Shown here one piece after another: positions 27,430 to 40,350 of a stretch of DNA of 64,000 nt. Made by a program: the position numbers and the translations under genes. Source of the DNA: Laetmonice hystrix (lineage: Eukaryota). Each line of letters opens with the position of its first letter. Position 1 is the stretch's first letter. The stretch spans positions 15,500,001 to 15,564,000 of the forward strand of contig OZ249436.1 of the NCBI GenBank assembly GCA_965235115.1, given 5' to 3'. A model generated the notes under the pieces. That model was not told the DNA's origin. It saw nothing but the letters and a program-made list of their open reading frames with translations, and ran no database searches.

Positions 27430-27683
27430 TTGCTGGTGTTGTCTCTGTCCTGGTTGCTCCTAAACTTCTTGCCGCTTCGCTCCTCCACGTGTGTTGTCTG
27501 CAGGACTGTGCTCCCCTGGCAGTTCCGCTGCTGTGGCGGTCCTCGGACTACTATCGTTGGTTTTATGTCGGAACGTGAGTGAAACTTTCTCGGGTTAGGA
27601 GTTAGAGCACACCTACTGGTTGTCTCATTATGGGGGCCGACATGTGGCTCCGACCTGTGCTGGCAGTGGGCTGGCCGCCAAAT
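27430..27683 (-). other. Predicted non-coding first exon of Gas1 (intron 26547-27429)
   Basis: Minus-strand donor CAA|GTGAGC at 27429; acceptor aaatctacag|CTG at 26547, 48 nt before the ATG; 5' end set by the Inr. Inferred, no transcript data. Confidence 0.5.
27602..27643 (-). promoter_or_regulatory. uORF in predicted Gas1 5' UTR (MSAPIMRQPVGVL*)
   Basis: ATG at 27643 in frame with a second ATG, TAA at 27602-27604, all inside the predicted first exon. Confidence 0.45.
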
Positions 27684-28070
27684 GATGCCCGTAGCACTCA
27701 GGAGGCTATATTTATGTGCTGGACTGATGGCTGCTCAGCTGAATGGTAAAGGGGACCGTCAGTATGCCCTGCTCTCATTAAGCCAGCCAATCGGCGGCCA
27801 GGGTTCGGCAGACTGCCGTGACATGCTTATGATTTTCTCCGCCCCAATCTGTGCAGAGCACCCCAGCTGAATGGTACTGAAAGGTGAGGCTTGCGGCCAG
27901 CAGCTGCACACGTCCACAATACGTCCACTTAGCGCTGGTCCTCAGCCAATTGAAACCAGAAAGATTACCTTCAATCACTCAGCGCACAGGTGACTGGCAG
28001 GCAAGCAGAAGGGCGGGAGTGTCACTAATTATCTTGATAACATGGATGTCAGCGAGTTACTAACCAATGG
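27680..28070 (-). promoter_or_regulatory. Gas1 core and proximal promoter
   Basis: Minus-strand CATAAATATA (27716-27707) lies about 33 nt upstream of an Inr-consensus TCATTT (A at 27683). Four CCAAT motifs on + (about 27787, 27844, 27946, 28064) and a GGGCGGG GC box at about 28011. Confidence 0.6.
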
Positions 28071-31000
28071 GAAGCTGGGCGAACCTTCTCTAATGCATCG
28101 ACACGCACTCCTGTCTGCACCCACTCACAAACATCACCCCCTGCAATCCTACACCGTCTCCATGGAAACTGGCCAAGCTTTGGATCACTGTTTCTCATCT
28201 AGCTGAGCTGTCAGATCGGCTTCAACTTTGTGCAAATCTCCAGGCCCACAGTATCTGCCAACACGTGCAACTCATCGCACTATCTGAAGGCAGCAAGTCA
28301 AAGGGCAACAGCCAGAGGCCTACAGGAATCTTTAATATTTACTGCTTTCATATACAGCTCAGATTACAGCTCATCTGTCTGCTACTTATTCTTGCTATAG
28401 CATAACATAGAATACAGTCAGGAAATAAAGTAATCTTCTTTTATACTGCAATGTATGAAACACCCAGACGGCGACATTCTAAAATACGCCTACGTTGTCA
28501 AATCCCCGTCCTGCCCACAAGCTCCGCCCTCTACCCAGAGAGACCGGGGCAGACCCCTCCAACAGCCAGGGAAGTAGGCCTTCTCGTTAATGAATGTCAT
28601 GCACGGCACCTAACACGTGTGGCTCCGAAGAGTATGGAGAAGCCTGGGCTGGCTGGCCGGCCGGCCGGGCACAACAAGCAACCAGCCGTCCGACAGACGG
28701 TCCAAGCCGCAGTGCCACTTGATTTACTCCGGAATGCAAACTCAAGCCGGCAAAACTCTGAGCGGTTAACACGGACCAGAGTTGTGTGCCCTGACACTAG
28801 GCATGCCGCAGCCATCAACAATTTGTTAAGTATCGCCAGAACAGTAACAGCTCGTCTACACTCTGCCCCAGTGCCAAGTGTTTGTTTCAACAACCAGTGT
28901 GCATTACTCTATTACCCAACAAATAAAACTATCCACAGGTTAGCAAACAGTCAGAGCCAACTGTAACAGCCATGTTTATTTGGGAAAGGCCTGGAAACCA
29001 ATCAGTGTGAGAGTCATTTTTCATCTTTAAGTGTTTCCCAATTGCTGATGTTATTACCATAGGCAATTGTGAGTACGGCAAAGATGAAGACAGCAGTAGA
29101 ACAGCGGCTCCAGGGACAAATGAACAGTCCTTGCCAATTATGTTTTTACAAGTGTCAGCGATTAGATACAGTGGCTTAATTAATATAAAGGAATAATTGT
29201 TCCTGAAGTAGAACCATGCCTCTCATTAGCCAGGGTTTTTAAAAAAGAAATAGGCCTTACATGAATATGGAAGGTCGCATGCATTACTGGAACTGAATCC
29301 CCATTCATACCTAGAATATATTTTCATTATGTAATTTTGCATCGATAGAGGGGATGTTTGGGAACAGATAATTCAGCAATGCCTTAATTGTGCACCCACC
29401 TCTGACCTGACCGTATAGTCGAATACCATAACCCGAGAAAACACCTACATGGACGGTACAAGTAACGGTACCTGGTACATTCCTCTCATGGCGGTACTAA
29501 CTGGCTCTACACGAGACAAGCATATATCATCATGACAGTGACTGACCAGGCTCGAAATTCCCTTGACAAATTAATTGAACATTGTCTGACACGCCAACTA
29601 ATCGAGACTGCGCAAGGGAGAACCGGCGAACTAAAAATATGAACGTTGGAGAAAGACTACGTGCAAGGCCTCGCTTAGGGATGCACGGAGAAGTATAGTA
29701 TTCAGATAGGTGATGGAGCTTACAACACAGAACAAGGCGATGATCAGATTGATATGGCAATCATCACAGTTGGGGAAACTCGTTTTCTTTCTGACATTTT
29801 CTCAGAGTTTCAATCTTATCAGCCATCAGAGTTGCAGTTGAGTTTTGTAAACCTAACACTGCCTCAGACTCGAGACGCTGTGGACAGTCGACTGGCGACC
29901 TGAGCCGGAAGGCATGTTTGATGGAGGGAGTGTTAAGGGGTTTTACAATCGTCTCATGAAAGCGACCACTAATCACCATAGAATATAGCAACACTTAAAC
30001 GGCCATCAACATTAGTAGTAGCTACTGTCAGTAGGTTATCAGTACAAAACACCTTGCCTTTAGTTTGAATATCTCTGCAAGTGATTAATCTTTGATGGAC
30101 TCAGTTAGCAGTTCGCAAGAAGTAATGTTGAATCTAAGGTTCACAAAATTGTACGGTTTTATGAAAAATATAGCTACATATGAACATATTACATATTAAT
30201 GTTAAGTTTTATTAGTTATTAAATTCAAACAGTAAAGTAGACTCATATAAATGAGAAATGTTCCACTCTCAGTTGCTTTTTTCGTGTCCTTTCTGTCCCT
30301 TTAAATTCTTATATCGGCCTTTACATTAACACAATCAAAGCCCCTTATGTGTTAACTGAAACAGGTACGAAATACGTGCAGTCCCCTTGGATTTCAGAAA
30401 CTTGTCTATAAACTTGTTGACAGGGCTCATTTCCTGTCAATTGGAGACTTTGGGAACCCACCGTTATATAGACAGAACTATTTGCATGGCATATCGGCAC
30501 AGCACCCTTGCGACAGAAAGGAGTTGCGGAGGTGAGCACCGCAATCGCCACCTGGCGGTATATTATCGAACTACTTTCCGTTTGACCCATTGCGAGGAAA
30601 ATAATTACCTCGTTCGATTTGTAGATTGAAAGATTATAACCAAGGCCTGATTGGAATTTAGTCTCTCTTTGCATGGCTCTTCGTGGAAATGTTTAAAATA
30701 ATAGATTCCGTGAACCCCTGCGTTTTAACTAATGGTATATGCAAACTTGTAATTTGTAAACGGGCTCATATACTTGATACTCAAATATCTGGGCCACGCT
30801 GACTTAAAAAAACAAATCCAACTATTAGTACCAGGGAATCTAATTGAAAATATACGAGATTTTATTAACACATCATAACATAGACGAACTGGAAGCATTA
30901 TATGAGGAACAGGGCCAGAGATATTGGGATTGCCGTCCTGTATACAGCGGGTGGTGTAGCGGTATATTGTCTATGAACATATTGTAACACTAAGTGCTGA

Positions 31001-32669
31001 CAGGGTGTTGTCGTCCGCAGTAGGGGATCTCCTATTGTTATCCGACACAGCCGGTGAATAATTTACAAAATCTTTATAGTCTCTGAGTGGAAACGATCAA
31101 TGGGCTAGCCATACTCCACAGGAACTCAAGGTGCATTTACCCATGGCAACTATACGTGTACGTGTATTAAAATGTCTGCTACAGTGATGAGTCCATGAAC
31201 AAGCCAATTCTTGCTGACCTTGCGCTATATGTAATATGTTTATCAAAGTAGTTCCCACCTGATCTGAGCGGAAAACATGGTTCTGCTGGCCACTGTCACA
31301 CCTGAATGAGCGAACCCCCAATCGCCATGGCTTATTAAAATCCTTCCTATATGCCGTAATATAGACTATAGTGTGCCGTAGTGCCTACTCTCATAGATAA
31401 ACTGTAAATTTTCTGTCCCGACAGCTTGTGTCAATCCCTAGCAGGTGACTTAAATTTTCCCAGGTTAGCAGAGCCAGACCCTGTCCTGCTCCGCGGTGGT
31501 GACTGTGATGTCTGACATTACTTGTTATTATGAACGACTCAGTTTAGAGACTATAGCTAAAAGACGAACCCCATCGCCAGGTTCCCCGTATCGAGTTAGA
31601 ACTGTTTTTCTTCTCTGGTTTTAGGACGTTTAAAGGTAATAAATTACTGGATATAATGAAAAGTTTGTAAGGACTCTTTCCTAAATCAAAATGTTCAGGT
31701 GTTTTGAAGGTCCCTCGCGGTAAAGGTTTATTCAACATTTTGCCCTTAGCCTATAACTTGAGTGAAAAATGAATTTGGAAGTGACAATTAAAATGATTTA
31801 TTATACATGTAATTTACTGTGAAGATTTTGGCTTGCTTTGACTGCATGTATCTAAGCACTTTTTAGAGAAAAATAATTGTATAGACCTTTTAAGAGGAAT
31901 AATATCTACGAACTTCAAAGTTTTATTATCCGAAACCTGTTCATAGCTTTTTGGCGGAACTTGAGTTGAAATTTACTGATCAAGCTCATGCACGGGACGC
32001 GGAGACTTAAAGGGTTACGGCTCGGAAAAGCTTTAAAAAAACGGGCCCCGATATCCTTCTACATTTTGTCCCTCTCCCACTGACCAGAACGAGCCTCATC
32101 TTTAACCGACCCTGCATGGTTCGGGCAGTGTGCCAAATTTCCTCTGTCTCTCAATTATTGATGCTCCTTTTGTCCCGTTGAGCGCATCACATAGTGCAGA
32201 AGGTTAGATAAATCATGACATGAGCTCAGGTGCTCTGTCACTCAATGTTAGGTCGCATCTTCTGTCACCCCTGCCGCTTTCTCGTCCAACCCCTGATTGA
32301 TTCTCGTATACACTTAACAATGACCATCGCTCTGTCTTTTGAATGTACTTCTAGATGCTCCCGGCTACCGACGCTATCGTTGAACCCCCAAAAATGACAC
32401 AACCACAGGCAGGAATTAAAAACTACACCTTTTTTCTCGATGATTTCACATCTTTAAATTTATGTCTGTTCACTGGTTGCATTCCTTTTCTTTGGTATAC
32501 GGTAAAATGTTAAAACACTTTTTCTGATATATCTCTGCAGTTCTCACATGTGAACCGATGCCGAAAGCTGCACCTCCGAAAAGAGTACAAATGTAATTTG
32601 AATATTCAGAATGTATGATCTATGGCAGCCTGTACGATATTCAAGTAATATCTATATATAGTCTTTTAA

Positions 32670-32993
32670 AGGTGCTATTCGTCTCGCACAGAATGGCATT
32701 TCTCCTATCATACATTGTGCACATTCCTACCGATACCATTGGCCTGATAAACCTTTTTAGTTTGTGTGCAGCATTTGAAACCTATCTAGGTGCGCATCGA
32801 GATAGAGCCATTTCCTATGGTGGGGCGTGTCAGGGTCTCCACAGGCCTTCTGAGAGAGCCCCATTTGTGCCGTTATCCATGAAAAATTTTGATTTCCTTT
32901 GTTGTGAATCTATTTCCATGATAGGCGGGATCACATAAACGTCAACAAAATTAAAAATAAAAATATCGAACTTTTTTTTCACGAATAGCACCT
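32670..32993. mobile_element. 324-bp non-autonomous DNA transposon (Kolobok-like)
   Basis: Perfect 12-bp TIRs aggtgctattcg / cgaatagcacct, flanked on both sides by TTAA (32666-32669, 32994-32997). Purine-purine termini with a TTAA TSD are characteristic of Kolobok. Confidence 0.8.
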
Positions 32994-35900
32994 TTAAGGC
33001 CACTTGTTTTGTGTCTATCTTTCTTTGCACACAGATTCAACTGTCTTAATCCCAAGCCAATGTCAAACAAAAGGGCACAAGTGACTACTATCGGTATTAC
33101 GAAAATGCCAGGGTTCTCACTATATGCAGCTCCCGACAAACTAAAACAATGCCACTGCGGTTGGCATTGGGTCAAATTCCAACAATGCCTCTCCATGGCC
33201 ACCTTGCGTCAGTGACACCATTTAATGGAATGCACTCAAACATTTTGTCCTGAATACCTGTGCAGCTGCTGAAGTATGGGTCGTGTCTTCCATAGCCAGA
33301 AAGATGTTTTTACGTGCACGGTATTTGCGAAATGGAATGAAATTCGTAATACACACTGAATATATACGTACTATAGAGTTGGTTTTCATGATGACGCAAT
33401 TGATGTCGCAAGAATAGAAACGTATCCAGGCAGACTCACTAAGGTTAATTTTCCCAAATTAACAATCATGCCCGCATAATTGGACATTTTTATGTAGTTT
33501 TCTGCTTTTTGACAAGGAGTCTTTAACTTAGTAAAACAGCGCACCACATCGGCTCAAGTCAACTTAAATATGTGTACGCGACAATAGGCTACAACAGAAA
33601 TAAAAATATAAAACAAAAACGTATTTGTAACCTTTAACCGTGTGTCCAAACCAAAGGCATAAAATACGTCTGACTAAAACCTTACACACCTAATGACGGT
33701 TTAGTGGAGGGGGTTTGATGTTTACTACCTTTTACCCGCACACAATGCGTGTAGTGAAGTTTTTTCATCGGTTTGGCTGGCGGTGACTGGGGTGGTAATG
33801 ACGGAGCAGTGCCCGCCACAAGCCCCGGCATGGGCCGTGGGCTGGAGGAGGGCGGCCATCTGCTGTCAACCGTTGCCGGCAGCACCAAGGAGACAGAAAG
33901 ATTCCCACCTGGTTGGACCCAGCTCTGATAACCTTTGATCTATCTGTGGGACCACATCTATACCTGGTCTACAGGTACACAGGCCACAATGACACAGCCA
34001 GGCTGCCTATTCCTCACTCATCTTAAACCATGTCGTTCCCAACGTACTAATATTTACTTGTGGGAAGATAAACAAAAGCCCATATCCCAGATATCCATGC
34101 TATACCATGCTTACAAGAGTTATGTGAGACTATGTAACGTGCAACGAATGGCTTGGTATCTAAAGGCGACATCTCTGTGGTAGAGTTTGGCCTCGAGTTA
34201 GCGCGCAGGGGTAAGGAAATAAGCACGACGTTCTCCTGTCATTATAAACATACCAAATGACTACTTCCCTTTGTTTTGTCTTAACCAATTTATCAAAGGG
34301 ATGCGTTGTTTCTAACAATCAATATTACCCACCGACTGAAACCACCCCAGGGCTAATATTTGTCAGCTGTGCGGTGAACAACACTGCTAGGCACAGATTT
34401 TTTCTCCAAAAGGAAACTTGTTATTAAAAGTAGATCCGTTTTAACATTAGTTCTGACTATCTGACTCTGTCGCCGCCTGTTTTTTTTTTTTTGAGGGGGG
34501 GGGGGGGGGCTCAACCGTTTCCGTCCAACCGACAGTTAATTTTTTTCTTACCTTGGCTGATAGTGAACAGCAGTATTGCACTAACATCATCCCGAGACGG
34601 TAAACATAGCGGGTTACACGGAGAACAAAAGGTACACCTATACCTACGTATATATATAACTCATACTCCTCACGTGGTAACTTCCCAAGGGAGTTTACCT
34701 CAGTGCCCGTAAGTAATTATCTAATTCAATATCTCTCTGTAGTGAATTACGTTGGCAACCACCTCATACTGTCTGGTATGTCCCTAAAGATACAGCCGAC
34801 CACTTTCATCTAATTAGTGAAGTGTATCCTCACTAATTAAAAACAAGCTTGTTTTTAACAAACTTCCTATACAACACAAATTTATTACCTTTGTCTGGGA
34901 AGCCTGGATGCAAGACCGAAGTATTTACCAAGTTTCATTGCATTTGTTTATAGACCAATAATAACATGATCACATAGATTGACCTGTGGAAAACAATGCA
35001 TGGAAACGTAGCCAAACATCTATCGAACTCAAGAAGAGTCCCTTCATCAAACTCAATATCAATGCCTAGTGTCAACCTATGGTTAGTTTAAAACGATACA
35101 TCCTCCGTAAAATTAATAAATGAACGTGGGCAGGATATAGGACAGGATAGGAGAGAATGGACGCTTTGAATTTAAGAGTTATTCCCGAATGGTTGGCAGC
35201 GTGAGACTATAACAAACCACTCCTGTTTCTTGCAACTTGAATTTGAACAAACCTCAGAAAACCTAACACAAACATACACACTGATAAATTCACGGGATCT
35301 GTGAAAGACTTGGTTGGGATTGGGCGATGTCTTTTTTACCATCCTCCGCAAAAGTACGTTCTACTTGTCGGCCTACACAACATTATGAAACAGTCGGTGA
35401 TGTCTCCATACTAACCGTACAAGGTGTTAACACATGCCCTTTCCAGCCCCGACCCCCCCCCCCCCCAAGTAGCACTTACACGCCCTCTCCCTGATGGGAA
35501 AAGAACCGTGGTTGCCTGAAGTCAGGTCATAGTAACAGGCCCTGCTACATGGAGTTTACAATGACAGTTCGCGGCTGTGACTGGTGAATCAATCTTCGAG
35601 GCAAACAAATTGACCACTTTGTATAATGAATGGCTGGTTTGAAGGTTCGGTAAATTATATGGTATCTCCTGCCCCTCTGACCCTCTGTTTTGAGAGATCC
35701 GGGGCTTGCGGATCTGAAGGGTGTACCCTGGCCTATACCTGTTACCTTCTAACTCTAACATCATCAGATATTATGTTCTGCCATGGACCTCTCTGGGGGC
35801 ACAGTGCACGGTAGCGTGTTGTCATTAAGCCAAATTATTCCATTTCACCTGACTTCCTTGTAGAAACAGCGGGTGCAGCCTGTCTGTAGTTGAAATTAAC

Positions 35901-38900
35901 TTACCCGGGGATTGCTTAAGCAGGGAAAAGTCAACTAGCGAACAGGTAAATCACAGAGCAGTAAATCCACTATATAGTGCTCTCTGTTGATTTACTGCAT
36001 GAATCAAATGCAACAATTATCCAGGAATTCATGTAGGTGAATGTAAATCACTGCTTGAATCTACAGACTACATCTTGTGAGTCGTGAAAGACCCCAGTGG
36101 TGGCAGGTTTTATGGTCCTGTGATGGCAGAACCTGTACTGACTATAGCATCTGTTTGCTGACTGGCGACTTCCCATCACAACCATAGACTCATAAGTTTT
36201 GCATGAGAAAAGATTTTAAGATGTAGATAAGAAACAAACGTCATGTAAATCATCCGGGCTGACATGCTGGTTGTCATGGCAGTTACTAATTGCCCGGCTG
36301 GGTCGACAATTGTGCAGTCTTTCAGGTCAGAAAGCTACACGTTTGGTCACCACGCACACCTGCGAATCCTGTGAAATTGCTGCCAAATTGCTACCAGTCA
36401 TGCCAGGCAGGGGGACCAGGGCAACTTTAACAGGAAACTTATTCAAATTTCAAACACTTTCAAGACACGATTTATGCTGGCGTTTGACATCGTGCTTTGT
36501 GTGCGTGGCCGGTGACTAGGAGCACCCACTCGGTGTGATTACCCCTTGCCAGCGACTTCTGACCCGCTGAGGACGTCACTACTCCATCATAGGGCCAACC
36601 CGTCCACAGACACTCCTCTCATCAATGTGAGGGTCCGGGCTGAAATTCATGTGGTGCTTGGGCAGAGGAGCATCAAAGGTTGCCTTGTAATCTCGGTGTG
36701 TATAATTAGGGATATCAGAGTGACAAAATTAGAGATTGACAACTTCGCGGGCCAAGTGACACGTTGCTTACGCTGGGTGGTCGACCATGTACATCACAGT
36801 CCAGGGAATCAAAACTTCCACGTGTTTCAAGAGCTAATGCAGGTGCTGACATTACCAGACTCTTGCTTATAAGTGAATAGAAAAGCTGTATGACTCCCTA
36901 CCTCCTAGCCGAGAGGTTAATTGACCAAGAGTGGTCCCTGGCTTCATCCCAAGATCTCACAATCAAAGTTTACCGCTGACTCTTGCTCGTACATGTTTTG
37001 CCCGTGCTCCCTGCCAGCTCGGGCCACCTCCTAGTTTTTATTTTCACACATTCTTAAAAGGTCTCCATCTGCCCCCAGACGTTAAAGATTTTCGAAAAGA
37101 CTGGTATCCACTTTCATAATGACAATATATGAACATACTATTCTTCACTTGTGACACAGACTGGATCCAGTAACACTTCTGACAGCTCAGCCATGACTAA
37201 CTGCATTACTTTTCCTTCATGTAGAGTTCGGATCGTATCAGGTTTCAAAGAGAACTGCACCCCAGTCAAAAGATTATAGCATATTACTGTCAAGCGGTCA
37301 CTCTTCAGGTTAAACGGTAGTTACCGGGTATCTACTCAACCATTTTTACGGTAGTTGAAAAATATGCCTCGCACATGACTTTACACTTTTTGATGTTTTT
37401 GTAAACTATAGTGTCACCTTAACTCACACCATTTATGTTTTCTCAGAGTATATTTCAAATCCGACACCACATTCCTGTCCAATACATAAATTACAGGACT
37501 CCCTTTGAAAAATTCACTTTATAATATTTCGGTCGCTCATTGTATATTATAAGATGACACCGAATCCATCGACAACTGAAAGCACACAATAAATCATGTT
37601 CCCTGCCTGTGCAACAAACGGCAAGATAATGTCGGCTTGTGAAAGGACAACAAATCTTCGCTTTGAAATCCGTTTGAAATCCCTGACAATCTCATGACAA
37701 CGGCAGTTATTAGCCTTTTGCACTTCTACAATAAGAGAGCGTGTTTCCATTGAGGAAGACCTACATGTTAATGTGGCGTTGCCTTGTAATTAACGACTAA
37801 CAGCATGCCAGCCTGCCACCAGTTGCTGCAGGCGTCGTTATACCGACAGATTCGAGATCCACGACCCGTGGCCACCACAGACCCCGTCTGGCGACACCAG
37901 CAACAAACGCCTCGGGATATTACTCAAAACATACCGACTTTTCACGGTAAATATTGACAGGGTTTACAAATCATTAGTAAAGGGTCAAAAGAATAGGATG
38001 ATTCACTGACTGGTACGATGTCATTTTATATTCACAGGATCCCAAGGTGAGCAAACTCTGGCTATAATGCAGTATGGCCTTATAAAACATAGGTGCCTGA
38101 AATCTGCAACAATGGTATCTCTGTCACCTCAAAGTGCGAAATTTGGATGAATACACCGTGTTTAAAAATTCTAACTGTATAGCTACCAGATAATGAAGAG
38201 TTGAAAATGGTGATGACTATTAGATTGCAGATAACAACAGAGTATCCTACGATGAAACACCTGTGATGGGCTTTACTAAACGACACGTGAAAACCTAATT
38301 TTTGGTGTGTTATATAACTAGTTCGAGTGGTGTCTGCCCGCAAACCGCCAATTTCACTAAATGTGTAAACTAACATTTAAACTCTTCCCAATTAATGACG
38401 TTATCTCTTCATACCACATTTTGTACTTCAAAATCACCTACTTGGGACCATGTCTTTTTTTTCGTTTGTTGAAATTCATGTGCTTCACTTACTAATGCTT
38501 AAGGAAACATTAAAGATTTTGATGTGTGTAAAATTACAGTTGGCGACATGTGAATTGGCCCCTGGTAGCAGCAAAAAAACAAAGTATCTCTTTGTGTCTG
38601 GTGCTATTACAAACCAAACTATAACAAATTAGCATTCTAATTGAGCCAAAACCCTTCATTAGCATCGACCTTCTGCCCTGGCTAGTGCTACATCTGGACT
38701 TGATAAATGACCTTTCCTGTAGTCGAGTGACAGACAACACATGACAGGACTGTAAAAAGTGGTGTGAGGTATACATGGCTTCACATGTCTGACAGATCTC
38801 TTTGAAGGAAACCCACAGCAAAGACTAGGCCTACATTGCAATAAAGCAAAGACAGTGAGACTAGCTGGTGGTTGGTTTGGGGGGGGGGGGGGGAGAGTTG

Positions 38901-39490
38901 AAAAATGACGGGAGGACCACTCCTCCAGGCGTTCACACATGCCTGAACACTGGTAGTTTACGGTACACCGCCGAGACGGCGGAGGCCCCATATCGGCAAT
39001 AGTGCGGGGCACAGGCTGGTGTGAAGGGAATGTAAGTCCGCCAGAATGGAGGTCCGCCGGAATATTCCTTGGTCATGCAGGTCCTAGATCATCAACTTCG
39101 TGGTATAAGACAATATAATTTAGAAAATACAAATGCATGGATGAGATCTAAGGTTAAGAAATATTTAACTAATACATCACGGACTTCAAGTCCTAGGAAT
39201 GTAGGTCCGTCGGACTTATACTACAATACTTTTTTTCTATTGTTTTCTGTTAATTTGTATTTCAGGGGGCTTGGATTCCTTTCACACCTGGCTGGCTGTG
39301 ACGTGTTGGTCGTGTGGCGGCAACCAACTGTTGTTGCACAACTACATGTCGCCACAGTCTCGGCTCGGTCCGTGTTGGTTAATTGAAATACCGATGAAAC
39401 ATCAACGCAATGAAACTGGAGATAGAAGGCTACTAACATGAATTGATTCTGACATACAAAGAAAAAGAACTAGAGTCACACGGTACCTCC

Positions 39491-40269
39491 TGTAGCGTTC
39501 CCCAGGGAAAACTGACGCAAACAGTCATGAGTGGTTCCAACATGTTTTATTCGACGCGCACAGCCGCGCAGCCCCATCCAAAGTTATGCGTCGCCATGCG
39601 TAACCATGCGTAGCAAAGCTTAGCTATGAGCAGCATACGGCATGCGGTGAACTACAAAGCATAAATAAGCAAGCAAATAAGGCTAGGCACACAAAGTAAG
39701 GAACATGCGTTATATCAAGCTAAGGCAATAACCAAGCGCACATGAGCAATGCATCTGCTAACATTAGAAACTCTACGTATTTCAGGCTTACAGAACATTA
39801 CACTGCACACGAACCATGCATACATGTAACTGAATATCGCATACAAATCACATGTCTTACAACATAACACGCGAGCAACACTTACTTCAAACATGCGCCC
39901 TTCAGGGAAACGCCATCAGACACACAATATCGCCTTTATACTCTTAGTACGTAAGGGCACCATTGCATGCACACGACGAAGGCGGCAGCCAAACTCTCTG
40001 CGCCATAAAGGACCGCCTCGTCACCGTCTGACTCGGACCGAGTCCCTCTGACCACCGATAACCAGGTGCCTCTGACCACTGACCACTCAAACCGTACCGG
40101 TCACCTCAGGAATGTCCTCATTAATATTCAAGGAAATAGGCCACACCACCTGGCGTGCTCTCCCAGCAATTACATCTCCCGAAACCCGTCACTAGGTGTC
40201 ACCACTGTATTAAAGGGAAAGGAATCTCCCGCCAACTTCTACCCTACTTAGTACTAGAAGTACACAACA
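39491..40269 (-). repeat. 3' LTR of BEL element
   Basis: tgtagcg...acacaaca; constant offset of 6027 to the other LTR; minus-strand AATAAA about 55 nt from its end. Confidence 0.95.
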
Positions 40270-40280
40270 CTCCCCCGCCT
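40270..40280 (-). other. Polypurine tract (AGGCGGGGGAG)
   Basis: Plus-strand ctcccccgcct directly abutting the 3' LTR. Confidence 0.85.
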
Positions 40281-40350
40281 TGGATTCGCTAGAATTCCAA
40301 ATAACGTCTGAAAGCACGTCAATCTAAGCATCACACCTGTTCCCGTTTCA

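Noticed and set aside
28451-28966. 171-aa plus-strand ORF upstream of Gas1
   Set aside because: No recognisable motif, low-information composition, and GC-rich regulatory-type sequence in which long ORFs arise by chance.
30952-30962. Pol III A-box (TGGTGTAGCGG), possible tRNA or SINE
   Set aside because: No B-box or cloverleaf downstream.
33682-33888. Kunitz-like GPCRG in a GC-rich patch
   Set aside because: The other Kunitz cysteines are missing.
40066-40251. Identical 61-aa ORFs at 40066 and 46093
   Set aside because: Antisense ORFs inside the two LTRs; they only show LTR identity.
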